Assembly: GCA_951406725.2 (NCBI GenBank)
Contig: OX597822.1
Coordinates: forward strand, 62,806,001 to 62,870,000
Source of the DNA: Octopus vulgaris
Taxonomy: Eukaryota
DNA length: 64,000 bases
Direction: 5' to 3'
Part shown: piece after piece, positions 13,857-27,149 of the stretch
How positions within the stretch are numbered: position 1 is the first letter of the stretch
Layout of the letters: each line of letters starts with the position of its first letter
Position numbers and translations under genes: made by a program
Notes under the pieces: model-generated
What the model was told of the DNA's origin: nothing
What the model saw: only the letters and a program-made list of their open reading frames with translations
Databases searched by the model: none

Positions 13857-15097
13857 TCAAGAAAAACCTCTCAGTGGCAAATGCCCAGAGAGAGCTAATA
13901 ATGCAGATGAGGAAAAAGGTCTTAACCATCAATAGTTGGTGTCTTCTGGGTTAAAATCAGGAACAGAAGGGTTTATCATAGCAGCCCAGGATCAATGCCT
14001 GCCTACAAGAATCTATTAGACCAACATCTTAAAGAACGGTAGTAGCTCAGCTTGTCGTGTATGTAAACAACAAAATGACACCATCGATCTTTTTTCTCAG
14101 TGTGCAGCCATCTTGCGCCTACAGAGTACTTCAAAAGGCATGATAGAGCAGCACAGTATATTCACAGGGTAATTTGCAAAGACCTGGCATCATCATTGTT
14201 CGACCGTGGTCGAGACAATGGAATTTACTACGCCAGACTTCACGGTCCATCATAGCATTACGGAGGTCCTGTTGCTGGATGCCTGTATCCCTGGAGATTA
14301 CATCAGGGTAGGAGAGTGTGCGCCCTCCGGTATCGCGAATATATTTTTTCTTTTTTTTTTTTTTTTTGGAAAAATAGACCTGGACCTGCCCCTGATAAAA
14401 ACTGATGGTAACACAAACCACCTCCAGTGTTTGAAAATGATCACATCTCACTCCTGTGGAACTTTTACATTTTAAACTGACAGAAAGGTAGATGCAAATA
14501 GACCAGACATTATATTGAAGGATTTCAGACAAAAATCATGCCCCCGCATTAACATGACTATCTCAATCGACATAAATGTATCTGTCAAGACTTACCGAAA
14601 ACTGAACAAATATATAGACCTTGAAATACAAATTGGCAAAATGTGGAACTCAAGACTAAAGCAACACCTGTGCCAAAGGAATGATAGGTGCCAAAGGAAT
14701 GATAGGTGCCAAAGGAATGGTAGTGCCAAAGGAAGTAAAAGGGGCTGATTGCTACCTATCCCAGATACTAGAAAATCTAAATATGGAAGAAATTCAAAAA
14801 ATAGTGCTCAAAGGAATTACTCATATCCTACGAAAGATATTGTCTATGTAATCCCAAAAACATTTTACTGTCAGCTTAAGATCATACTCTCATCTTATAA
14901 TCCAATCACGTTTAAAACAAACTTCTAATTTTCTTATGTTTTGACAGACATTCTCTAGAACAATACTCTGTGCAATACCAAAAATATGGCACCCTAATCA
15001 TAACACCAACTTGAAATTCTAACTTGTTGTTTCTTGAAGTCTCTGTACGAGACTTGGGGTCAACTTGTACAAATACAAAGCAAAAGCCATACATATC

Positions 15098-15098
<1 letters not shown>
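13857..15098 (+). pseudogene. Decayed R4/Dong-type LINE 3' part
   Basis: GLKSGTEGFIIAAQDQCLPTR, CRVC and ANRPDIILKDF motifs with frameshifts; 3' UTR shared with 60676-61140; (AAT)n on both sides. Confidence 0.85.
14188..14375 (-). mobile_element. RTE-like LINE 3' fragment nested in the Dong LINE
   Basis: Translates as GGRTLSYPDVISRDTG...DLRNAMMDREVWRS with a short (GAT)n tail; AGACCTGG duplicated at 14180-14187 and 14376-14383. Confidence 0.65.
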
Positions 15099-15145
<47 letters not shown>

Positions 15146-15148
<3 letters not shown>

Positions 15149-15693
15149 GCCCTGATGCAGTACCAGGCAGTGGCTCTCATGGCTTCTGATCTTAACTGAT
15201 TGGAAGTGTTATCATGTACATTGTTCTGTCTTGGTATAAAAGATGGGCTACAGCAAATATTCTGCTCAATACCACAGATTTGCTTGTCAGTTGTTTGACC
15301 TTAACCAGTTGGTTAGTGGCTGACGATATGTGCATCTCTGATCACGAGCAGAAGTAGTGGGGGAGCATCATAGCCATGTGTTGAGAGGGATTCTTTGGGG
15401 TTTGAATAATTCACCTCTGGAGACATGGGTGGTTTTTTCAACATCCTTAAACAACCCTTATTCAGGAACCGTTTGAGCGGGATGGGCTACTCAACCTGAA
15501 GAAAATTTTAAGTGGGCCCCACCTGCAAGGTCATGTGCAGTTTATCTTGATATGAGATCACCATGTCGCGCACATATGGTTGTGATGCATGTGCCTGGTG
15601 TGCCCTTATCAGACGGGTAGTCATGATGGGTATATTGGGCTTCGTATATTTTACCCCAGTGTCACTTTGATGGCATGAGCTGCTCTCTCATTC
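15146..15693. mobile_element. Unclassified 550-bp non-coding insert in (AAT)n
   Basis: Complex, GC-richer sequence with sharp (AAT)n borders on both sides; no ORF of 60 aa or more and no tRNA head seen. Confidence 0.5.
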
Positions 15694-15721
15694 AATAATA
15701 ATAATAATAATAATAATAACA

Positions 15722-15932
15722 ATGGTTTCAAATATTGCCACAAGGTTAGCAGTTTTGAGGGAGAGGACTAGTCGATTACATCGAGCCCAGTCTTCAACTG
15801 GTACTTGATCTATCGACTCCGAAAGGACGAAAGGCAAAGACGGCTTCGGCGGAATTTGAACTCAGAACGTAAAGACGGACGAAATACTGCTAAGCATTTC
15901 ACCCGGCGTGCTAACAACTCTACCAGCTCGCT
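15722..15932 (-). mobile_element. SINE family B
   Basis: Reverse complement of head, central block and short tail; (AAT)n on both sides on the plus strand. Confidence 0.8.
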
Positions 15933-15996
15933 GTCTAAATAACAATAATACTACACTTACTACTACTACTAATAATAATAATAATAATAATAATAA

Positions 15997-16027
<31 letters not shown>

Positions 16028-16085
16028 AAGAAGAAGAAGAAGAAGAAGAAGAAGAAGAAGAAGAAGAAGAAGAAGAAGAAGAAGA

Positions 16086-17975
16086 ACCTGTTTCCGGAAG
16101 ATGGCATGCTATAAAAGCCCATATCGTTGTAAAGATAATTATCTATCAACAAAGCTATAAACCGAACACTGCCAAAGAAGCAAAAGTGTCTGAGCATGCC
16201 ATGGATTGACTACTAGAAGGTTTTTCACATTATTCAATGCACGTGGATTTTGGAAACACTTGCCACCAGTAAGGAAACACCAGTAATTAAAGGAATGCCT
16301 GAAATATGTCGAGATTAGATGGTTGTTTTGCAGCTACAGACAAAACAGGGAACTGTAAAAGGTAAACATTTCAATTAAAAGAAGATATTCCAAGAGACTC
16401 CCTGGCTTCACTTCTTTTCTGTCTGTAGTTGACGCATTTGACTGACATGCAAAACAACATGACAATTAACCATATAGAATAGGATATTAACGATAAATAA
16501 CTAGGAATATTACTGTATACAAAATACAGACAAAAGAATACGTGAGATTCGACTTCAAAAAAGTACGCCAAATCAACCTTGATAAGGGGGGAAATTAATT
16601 AAAAGTGTTAACATTTTAACCTAGATAAATCAACGGAAATGACAAAGTAAGATCGAACACAGACATACAAATATTTAGGAATCGATGAACTACATAGATA
16701 TTCATAAACAAATGAAAGGAAATGTTATGAAAGAATATTACAAAGACTCTTTAAGTTAATAAATACAATAGAATTGAATTATTAAGATTAGGCAATAGGT
16801 ATCCATACTTTGTTTCAGTAATAAGTTAAAGTTATAACATTCTCAAAGGAACTAGCAAGTCTAGACGGAAAAAGAAGGAAAATGATAATACACCAATCAA
16901 TATCTGACATTGAAACACTATATTCACCACGATTACAAGGTGACATGGACTTTAGACTACTAGAAAACAATTACAAAATGTCCATAAGCACAGAATTCTA
17001 GAAAATTGATACATACAGCTACGGAACAAAGAAAAGAAAAGAAAAACGTTTACTATTCTTAAATCAAAACATGTCTGCAATAACAGACAGTCGCTAAGAA
17101 AATGGAGAAACAACAGATAACGGTAAAAAGCTGGAAATCTGAATTAATGATTATCATCATGATAAGATGATAACAAAAAAAATCCCCAAAATAGACAGTA
17201 CCGGAAAAAGCTGAAAAGAATGGAATAGATGAAGATTTATTGCATCACTGACTGAGCAGCGCCTAACTCTTAGGAGAGAATGAAGGTTTAATGACTGCGG
17301 AACAGGTCCAAAGTATTTCCATCAGAAACCAACGAAAGTATATAATGAAGCAGAATACAGTAACTGCAGAATATGTGGAAATAAGAAAGAAGCAATTGGC
17401 TACATTATTTCCAGCTGCTAATTCTTAACCACCAAAGTATGCATCCACTGGTATGATAAAGTTCGGACTTACATCCACTGGAATTTATGCCATCACTATG
17501 GAATAGCTACAGAAAAAGGTGTTATGAATATGCACCAGAAAAGGTCGCCGAGTGTGGCAAAGAAACTGTATTCTACGACACGCCAATACACACAGATTGT
17601 TGGGTCTAGTATAATCGTCCAGGTATTTTTGTCAAAGACCACCAAGAAAAGATGTGCCCCCCCCCCCCAATCGATATATAAATCTCACTAGATGACCATG
17701 TAACTACAAAAGAGAGGAGAAATTATTCAACTATTAAGATCCGGGTCTAGTGAGAATCCGAATATTGGAAGAATCAATCCCTATAATAATAGGTGCTTTG
17801 GAAATGATCAAAAGATATAAGTACAAATACATAACCAAACTGTAAGGGCTTATAAATATGCATAACATTCAGAAAAGAGTACTGTTGTGCATTATTCAAT
17901 GTCATGGCACACAATATACCCAAGATACACAGCGCTGCACTCGAAAGTGCAATGAATGAGTGCAATGACCACTAA
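16086..17975 (+). pseudogene. Heavily decayed R4/Dong-type LINE
   Basis: Remnants YKYLGIDE, NCRICGNKKEAIGYIISSC and PIIIGALEMIK; the last 700 bp align with 19086-19857. Confidence 0.7.
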
Positions 17976-18024
17976 ATAATAATGATAATAATAATGATAA
18001 TAATAATATTAATAATAATAAATA

Positions 18025-18221
18025 ATCCTTTCCACTAAAGGCGCAAGACCTGAAATCTGGTGGGAGGGGACTAGTCGATTACATCGTCCCCAGAGTTTCA
18101 CTGGTACGTATTTCAACCTCGACAGGATGAAAGGCAAAGTTGACTCAGAACGTAGCGACGAGCGAAATACCGCTAAGCATTTCGTTCAGCGTACTAACGA
18201 TTCTGTCACCTCGCTACCTTG

Positions 18222-18275
<54 letters not shown>

Positions 18276-18465
18276 CCTTTCTACTATAGGCACAAGGCCT
18301 GAAATTTGTGGGGAGGGGTTAAGTCAATTACATCAACCCCAGTACTTAAGTGATATCTATTTTATCGACCCTGAAAGGATGAAAAGCAACGTCGACCTCG
18401 ACTGAATTCGACCTCAGAACGTGAAGAGATGAAAGAAGCACGTTGTCCAGTGAGCTAGCGATTCT
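18025..18465 (-). mobile_element. Two SINE family B copies separated by (AAT)n
   Basis: Both begin on the plus strand with AATCCTTTC..CTA.AGGC.CAAG (tail) and contain AGGATGAAA.GCAA.GT.GAC. Confidence 0.75.
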
Positions 18466-18479
18466 ACATAATTCGTAGT

Positions 18480-19035
18480 CTACTTAGTTTCAGAGAGGAA
18501 GAATATGGTGCAAAAAGAATGCAAATGCTGGATGCATGGCAAAATTGCATCATTATATTTTGGCTATTGTGTAAATCACATAGTATAGAACATACGGAAA
18601 ATTGGTATGAACACGGACCAAATAATGTTGTAGGAAATCAGAAAAGAACTTTATGCAACACGAAAATCCACACAATATAAGGAATCGTTATACTAGTAAA
18701 AGAAGCTAGAAATTGTATTATAATAGATGCAGCCTTCCCATTAGACACTAGAGTAATGTATAAAGAGAATGAGAAGTTACATGAATTCTGGGACTTAAAG
18801 TGGGAATTAAAGAAGTTTAGAAACTGTCGGAGTGTAAAAGTAATTTCTGTCAAAATAGAACGCTTAGGTACAATGCCTGAAATTATCGTTGAATGGTTTT
18901 CTATGATCAGCATAACAATTAACTTTGTGACGCTACAGAAAGCTGTCTCCACAGTATACTGAACATTTTAAGATATGCGCTGAATATCTGAAGATATGTT
19001 CTGCGAGTAAATCCGGCAGAAACACTGATACTACT
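18480..19035 (+). pseudogene. Decayed R4/Dong-type LINE 3' fragment
   Basis: ENWYEHGP, CIIIDAAFPLD and DLKWELKK...LQKA remnants of the REL domain. Confidence 0.65.
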
Positions 19036-19042
19036 ATTATGC

Positions 19043-19085
<43 letters not shown>

Positions 19086-19086
<1 letters not shown>

Positions 19087-19852
19087 GCAGAAACAGAGGG
19101 ATTTTTAATTGCAGCACAAGACCAAAGCCTCCCCACCAGAAATTACCAAAAACATGTAATGAAAAGAAATATTACAAGTAACTGCAGAATATGTGGAGAT
19201 GGACAAGAAACAATAAATCATATTATCTCTAGCTGCCCAGTCCTGGCTAAGAAGGAATATATTCACAGACATGACAGAGTTGGAACCTACATACATTGGA
19301 AGCTATGCCAACATTATGGAATAACAACAGAAAAAAGATGGTATAGGCACACACCAGAAAAGGTCACAGAAAACGAGAAAGCAACCATACTCTGGGATAT
19401 GCCGATACACACAGATAGAGAAATTAAGGCCAACAGACCAGATATAGTTGTCAGAGATCATGAAGAAAAAAAATGCTTTTTAATTGATGTATCAATACCG
19501 GCAGATGACAACGTGTCTCTAAAAGAAATGGAGAAACTCTCAAAATACAAAGACCTGGAAATAGAGGTAACTAGAATGTGGAATCTGAAAACAGAAACAA
19601 TTCCTATCATAGTAGGTGCATTAGGCATGATAAAAAAATATTCAGACAAATACATAACAAAAACACCAGGACTTACAAACACATATAACATACAGAAAAT
19701 TGCACTACTAGGCACTGCCCACATCCTACGCAGAACACTTTCCATACAATAACCATCAGAGCATCACAACAAATCACAGCACATACCCAAGGCACACAGA
19801 GCTGCGCTCGGTAGTGAAGTGAAAGCACGCTATAAAAATAAAAATAAAACTA

Positions 19853-19857
<5 letters not shown>
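19086..19857 (+). mobile_element. Young 5'-truncated R4/Dong-type LINE with intact zinc knuckle and REL endonuclease frame
   Basis: Uninterrupted AETEGFLIAAQDQ, CRIC..ETINHIISSC, RHD, RPDIVV...LIDVSIP up to the stop at 19752; 100-bp 3' UTR; pure (AAT)n on both sides. Confidence 0.92.
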
Positions 19858-19917
<60 letters not shown>

Positions 19918-20070
19918 ACAGTGTTCAACTGCTACCCCTTATATTGACCCCGAAAGGGATGAAAGGCAAAGTTGACCTCTGCAGAAATTAAACTCAGAAT
20001 GTAGAGACGGACGGAATGCCATTAGGCATCTTGTCCTTCGTGCTAACGATTCTCTCACCTCACCACCTTA
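19918..20070 (-). mobile_element. SINE family B, diverged
   Basis: GACCCCGAAAGGGATGAAAGGCAAAGTTGACC on the plus strand. Confidence 0.7.
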
Positions 20071-20459
20071 TTAGTAATACCAATTTTTACCGGTAACTGC
20101 CCAATAGAGCGTAACACGCGGGCTAACTTGCAGTGTGATCAGCAGAATTATATGTTGAATTTTAATTTTTATACATGTATACAGATAAGTAAAGGACGTT
20201 ATCCTGGTTTCCGTGGCAGCCAAGTAGTTGGGAGTTAAAAAAAGTTTCCTCTAATGGGAAGCCTGTCCGTTGTTCGGCTTACGTTCTAACGGTTGCTGAC
20301 AGAAGAGAAGGAAGGAAGGAAGGTGAAATTAAATGGTTTGCACAAGGACAGAAATTGTCACTTTTTCTGCGAATCGAACCCACGACCCGATGATCCAAGA
20401 CACAGTACCCTATTCACTATTTGATGCGTAATCACATTCATCTCTCCCTCTCTCTCTTC

Positions 20460-20755
20460 GCCCTTTTCAAGCCTAGTTTCCCGGTTTCTAGGTTTCTATG
20501 GCGTATGTGTTCCCCCCTGCTGGACGAGACGCCAGTCCATCGCAGCGTTACTCAAGAAACAGGAAGAAAGAGTGAGAGAAAATTGGAGCGAAAGAGTGCA
20601 ACAGAGGTCGCCACCACCCTCCACCATCTGCCGGAGCCTCGTGGAGCTTTAGGTGTTTTCGCTCAATGAACACACACAACGCCCGATCTGGGAATCGAAA
20701 CTGCGATCCTCCGACCGCGAGTCCGCTGCTCTAACCACTGGACCATTGCGCCTCC
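20460..20755 (-). mobile_element. SINE family C (tRNA-Arg-like head), tail type 1
   Basis: GGAGGCGCAATGGTCCAGTGGTTAGAGCAGCGGACTCGCGGTC...TTCGATTCCC; first 190 nt or so shared with 39950-40326. Confidence 0.85.
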
Positions 20756-21129
20756 ATTCACATTCATAACAATACAAAATAATATTTCATAATAAATTTT
20801 AATTGTATCTTTCTAATTGTCCTCCCAGGTTTCAACGTTGTGAGTTTGAGTGTGTGCCCATATATACGAGTATCAGAGTGCGTTAGTACATAAGGCCGTG
20901 TGTACGTATGCGTGTCTATGAGTATGTGTGTGCGTGCATGTGTGATTTGGTATGTTAGTTTGCTCTGCCGTTTTCTAAATTTTCTATCGAACAAAAGGAT
21001 GTTGTTCGATATTGATTTAATTAATTGGAAGACGAATTAAAATATCAGTGCGGTTATTTTGAGAATTTTTCTCTCTTTGAGGAACTCTCAGAGGGTGAGA
21101 GAGAGGGGCGGGAAGTAGAGAGAAAGAGA

Positions 21130-21710
<581 letters not shown>

Positions 21711-21971
21711 ACACGTATAATATCCATAGCTTCTAAACTTCATCTATTCATGTAGTTACTGTCAGTGAAGCAATTATATATGTGTGCGAACGAGGGAGTG
21801 GTGGGATTGTTCCACTTTCGCCCTAGTTGACAATGAAATGATGCAGTGTTAAAATAGTACATTATCTAGCCGTATGTAATGACTCAATATCATTCTTTCT
21901 TAAATAAGCTCTTGTAGAAATGATGAATAATTGTAAAACATGTCATTATTAAAATTAAATAATAATAATAA

Positions 21972-22014
<43 letters not shown>

Positions 22015-22032
22015 TTAATAATAATAATAACA

Positions 22033-22079
<47 letters not shown>

Positions 22080-22081
22080 CA

Positions 22082-24813
22082 TTGTCATTTACTTTTAATC
22101 TGCATGTTTGATGCAATCACCTGCCGGGGCACACCCAGCGCCCTAGGGCAAGTGAAGGTTAAGAGTTGTTGAAATATAGCTGAAAGCTTGGGGAGGGGAA
22201 GTAGAGATATATCTCCATGTAATGCAAACACAGACATTTACATTGATAGGGTTTTTCTAAGGATGTGGGCAGTACTTGTTAGCACAATCTTTTGGATTTC
22301 CTTGAGATATGGTTTTCCAGGGATATTGTCTAGGTGTTTCTGACATCCCTTTTTTATCATACCTAGGGCACCTACAATAACAGGAACAGTTTTTGTTTTA
22401 AGATTCCACATCCTCTGTATTTCGATTTCCAGGTCCTTATATTTACTAAGTTTGTCAAATTCCTTGACAGATACATTTTTATCAGTGGGGACGCTTACTT
22501 CTATTAGTCTGCAGGTATTTTCTTCCCTGTCTTTAACAATTATGTCTGGTCGATTAGCCTTGATCGTTCTGTCAGTGTTGACTGGAAAATCCCAGAGGAT
22601 GGTGACATCTTTACCTTCAACAACTGGCTGAGGATGGTGTTCATACCAGTTAGCAGGAGTGTCGGATTTGTAGTGTTTACATATCTTCCAATGTATATAC
22701 TGTCCTACCCTATCGTGGCGATTTTTGTATTCGTTTGGTGTCAGCACAGGACATCCCGAAACGAGATGGTCTATCGTTTCGTCAAATGTGTCGCAGAATC
22801 TGCATTTAGGGTCAGTACCGTTTCGGAGAACGTTAGCCTGGTAATTTCTGGTAAACAAGCTTTGATCTTGTGCTGCCATTATGAAACCTTCAGTCTCTGC
22901 TTTCAATCCAGAGCTCTTCAGCCACTGATGGGTTGTTGCTTGGTCTACATCAGCATTTTGGCTTCGGAGAATATATTGTCCATGCAGGGGCTTCTGGCTC
23001 CACCGCCTCTCAATTTGATTCTGCCCGTTCTTTTTTGCAGTCTGCTTGATTCGCTTTGCTTGCTTGGTAGCAGTGGTTTCCGGCTCTTCATCTGATTCAA
23101 GGTTAATGTCTAGTTCCCTTTCGAACTTATAGGCTTCCTTGACAATAGAATGCAGCTTTTTGTTGCTTTCGTGTTCGCACACAAGTCGCAGCATCCAGTC
23201 CTTTGTACTAGATAGGTGCCTGTTCATTCCTACAGTAGAGGTCTTATAGCACAGCTCTAATTGCATCATTCCTCTCCCCCCGCTGCTTCTAGGTAGGTAC
23301 AAGCGGTCTACATCTGCCTTAGGGTGGTGCATGCTCTTGGATGTCAGTAACTTTCTTGTCTTCCTGTCTAAGCGTTGGAGTTCGTAAGGTTCCAGTTAAT
23401 GATATTAAAACTGTATTGGACTAATGGAAGTGCCAGGGTGTTAATGGCCTCAATGCAATTTTTGGAGTTGAGTTCAGTCTTCAGTACAAGCCTTATTCTC
23501 CTATAGTATTCCTTTCTTATTTTTTCCTTCATAGTAGCATGATGTATACCATCTCCTTCGTTGATTCCTAGGTATTTGTAACTTTCCTGTGGGTCAAGTT
23601 CCTTGATGGTAGTGTCAATATCTAATTTAACAGAAGCTGTTTGCCTGAGCTTGCCTCTTACAAAAGTTGCTTTAGCACACTTATCAAGGCCAAAATCCAT
23701 TCCGATATCATTGCTAAACTCTTTAACAGTTGTTAGCAGCCCTTCTAGCTCTTGGTCATTCCTGGCAAACAGCTTTAGAAAAGATGGTTTATTAACTCAC
23801 TAAAAACTTTGTACCCATATCTGGTACTATCCAATTCATTTGAGAGTGGGATCAGTGCCATGCAAAAAAGTAATGGAGAGAGGGAGTCACCTTGAAAGAT
23901 GCCTCGTTTGATGTTGATGCTGTTGGACTGGCTCATCCCATTACTATGGCTTAGAAAGAGACGTGTGTTCCACATGGTCATGCTATTCTCTAAGAATTTT
24001 GAGACGACAGGAGAGATCTTGTATATCTCAAGGGCCTTGAGTATCCATTTATGTGGGACACTGTCATACGCTTTCCTGTAGTCTATCCATGCCATACTCA
24101 GGTTTTTGTTTTTGCTCCGGCAATTCTCTACAATCATTCTGTTTATGAGCAATTGGTCTTTGCACCCATAAGAGTTTCTTTTACAACCTTTTTGAGCTTG
24201 TGGAAGGATAGAATTTTGTTCAAGGAAAGCGTACATTCTCTCCGTTATTATGGATGTGAGGATTTTGTAGGTGGTGTTGAGACATGTTATTGGCCGGTAA
24301 TTCTTTGGGTTTTTTGTGTCTTCGGTTTTAGGTAATAGGTAGGTGGTTCCTTCAGTCAGCCAAGCAGGTATTTGCTCTGGGTTCTGAATGATATCAGACA
24401 GAGATGCAGCGAGATGTTCGTGTACCTCTGTCAAACAATTCAGCCAGAAGTTAGGGATCCGATCCAGTCCTGGGGTTTTCCATTTATGAGCCTTCCTAAG
24501 GACACACCTTAGCTCCTCTATTCCTATTGCTTCCCATTTCTGTTCTTCAAGTTCATCCAGTCTCTCTTTCTCACGTTCTATCCAGTCAGCCTCAGCATTA
24601 AACTCTTTTTCGTTGCTCCATACCTTCTTCCAGAACTCCTCCACTTCCTCAATCTTAGGTGGATCTTCTATGTGTAATTTATTTTTGCCAATTTCCCTAT
24701 AAAATTTCTTTGCATCTGTCTTAAAAAATTTATTTTGTCGATAAAATTTGTTTCTTTTGTCATACCTTCTAAGCCGTTGAGCTTTCAACTGTATCCGTTG
24801 TTTCAACAGTTCC

Positions 24814-24814
<1 letters not shown>
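22082..24814 (-). mobile_element. R4/Dong-clade non-LTR retrotransposon, 5'-truncated, 2.7 kb, two frameshifts
   Basis: ORFs 23775-24806 (WKTPGLD, NYRPITCL, WIDYRKAYDSVPH, GIFQGDSLSPLLF), 23368-23700 (FGLDKC, YKYLG) and 22238-23332 (GGRG, CRFC..HLVSGC, RHD, RPDIIV..IEVS) join into one RT-zinc knuckle-REL protein; (TAA)n on both sides of the sense strand. Confidence 0.95.
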
Positions 24815-24857
<43 letters not shown>

Positions 24858-25878
24858 TATCATTATTATTATTATTATTGCTAAACTGTACCTCGCGTAT
24901 TTTTACACTGCCTACGCTGAAAAACAATTCCGGTTAGTTTAGTCGTTATGGGTTTGCTTGTTTTAATTTTTTTGCAGCGCAGGTTCTTTCGGAAGTCTCT
25001 GCAAGGGGTTATTCTGTTCTTCCTGGCCCTTTAAGGGGAGTAACAGTTTGAAAATTATTAATAAATTATTTTAAAATATCATAAAATTTCGAAAACGGCT
25101 TCCAAAATGTATGAAGGGGAGTGGTTAGCAAGATAAAATGCATAGAAGGGGGGAAGATAAGAATATATGGGTACTTTTATTCGTTAAAAAATGGAAATAC
25201 ACTCTTGTTTAAAGGTCCATGAAAAATATTAAGAATGGCGAAATAGATACTGCCTTCACCATCATTCCTAGCCTGCTAGACATGACAAAAATAACTTTGA
25301 CTATCAGCTGGCCTCGTGATAATAAGAGAGCTTATACTCGTGGTTGAGCTGTGTGAGATATGGTCAACCGTACCGGATTGGTCCATTTACATTAGAACCA
25401 GCTAACAACACCAAAATCTCCAAACTCTGATTGTCTCAAACTAGTCTAGCATTTGCCGATACCCTAATCCGTTAGGTGGGGGTTTATATGTTGGATAAGT
25501 TCTACCAGATTCATTTAAAGTATAGTTTGATCTCTGCCAGGCGTCATCCTTGTATCCGTATCAGTTTCCAGATTGTGACAGCTGGGCACCATGTAGTCAG
25601 CTCTGAGCAACGATGGTTACTACTAGTCAACATCACCACCACTATCTCTAAGGAGACAACATCGTTCGCAAAATCCACATAATCGCGTGTGGGACAACTA
25701 AAGGCAAACTAAAATAAGCAAAAGACAAAGTATATTTCAATATTGCTAGAGTCTATGAATTATATTCGTATGAACAAAAGAAAAACAAAGAGTAATAATG
25801 ACAACTCTATTCCAGAGATGATTGCAAGCGAAGGATGTGTAGGACTCTTTATGGCATGTCAGAAATGAATCAAAATAA

Positions 25879-26305
25879 GACGGCGAGCTGGCAGAAACGT
25901 TAGCACGTCGGGCGAAATGCTTAGCTGTATTTCGTCTGCCGTTACGTTCTGAGTTCAAATTCCGCCGAGGTCGACTTTTCCTTTCATCCTTTCGGGGTCG
26001 GTAAATTAAGTACCAGTTACGCACTGGGGTTGATGTAATCGACTTAATCCGTTTGTCTGTCCTTGATTGCCCCTTTCTATGTTTGCCCACCCCACCCGTG
26101 GGCAATAAAGAAATAAGACATTAATCAAAATATGAGACGGTCATCGTTTTCTTCCTCAATGTAGGGGTTTTCTACTTGAATGTCGACTTTGCCTTTCATC
26201 CTTACGGGGTCGACAAATTAAGTACCAGTTGCGTACTGGGGTCAATCTAATCGACTGACCCCCTCCCCAAAAATTTCGGGCCTTGCGCCTAGAGAAGATA
26301 AGAAA
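25879..26305 (+). mobile_element. SINE family B, long-tail copy plus partial short-tail copy
   Basis: Near-identical to 12243-12473; a second fragment starts near 26180. Confidence 0.88.
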
Positions 26306-26309
26306 AGAA

Positions 26310-26700
26310 TATTTTGTGTCTAATCCTTTTATCACTGCCTATTCCAGTTTAACATTTAAGATGTAGGATTTTGCTGCGATTGTTAGCATGTTAGTTGCTC
26401 ACATCTTATTTTATCGAATCGAGTTTTTTTTTTATATGGTTATTGTAGTATCTCGGATATATTCCTTTCGGATTCGTTGTTTCATTCTAGCGTGCTAAAT
26501 ATGTTCGACTACCTTGATCTTTCGATGTCCATATACCCCAATATTCCCTATTTTTTAAATATCTTGATGATTTCATTTTCAGTGTTTCCTAAGCGGATCA
26601 ACCAACTCCTTTTGAAAGTAATCTTGGTTTATTTGCAAAACATGAACATCATACTAATGTCGTAGCCATTACGTTTAACAACCTGATAAGGATATTCCAG
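26310..26700 (-). pseudogene. Decayed R4/Dong-type LINE fragment
   Basis: Minus-strand MKQRIRKEYI matches MKEKIRKEYY of ORF 23368-23700. Confidence 0.5.
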
Positions 26701-27149
26701 TTGTCTCGGACATTCTCTATGTTAACCATATAGCCTTGTGTCTAGTTATGGTTATTCTAACGTTGGAGTTACTCCCTGTGCGGTTAAAACTTTACTTAAA
26801 GAGACAAGAGTCATTGAGATTGTCTGACACGTCTCATTATTTTAATGCCACATTGTTTTTACATTGTCACACTATAATTACTGGTACCACTTCATAAATC
26901 TCCGTCGACTCAAAGATCCATGAACGCGATACAAATACTGCAAGGTATTTTTTTCCGACGCGCTAACAACTTAGCAAATTCACTTTCCGAAAATGAGGGA
27001 AAAGAAACAGGAGGAGGAGCGAAGAAGAAGAAGAAGAAGAAGAAGAAGAAGAAGAAGAAGAAGAAGAAGAAGAAGAAGAAGAAGGCAATAATAATAATGA
27101 ATATATTATCTCTATTTTTTTTTCAAGAACAGCTTGTGGTGTTGGTAAA

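Noticed and set aside
14670-14735. 18-bp tandem repeat GTGCCAAAGGAATGATAG
   Set aside because: Local slippage within the dead LINE (GALGMI region); no independent significance.
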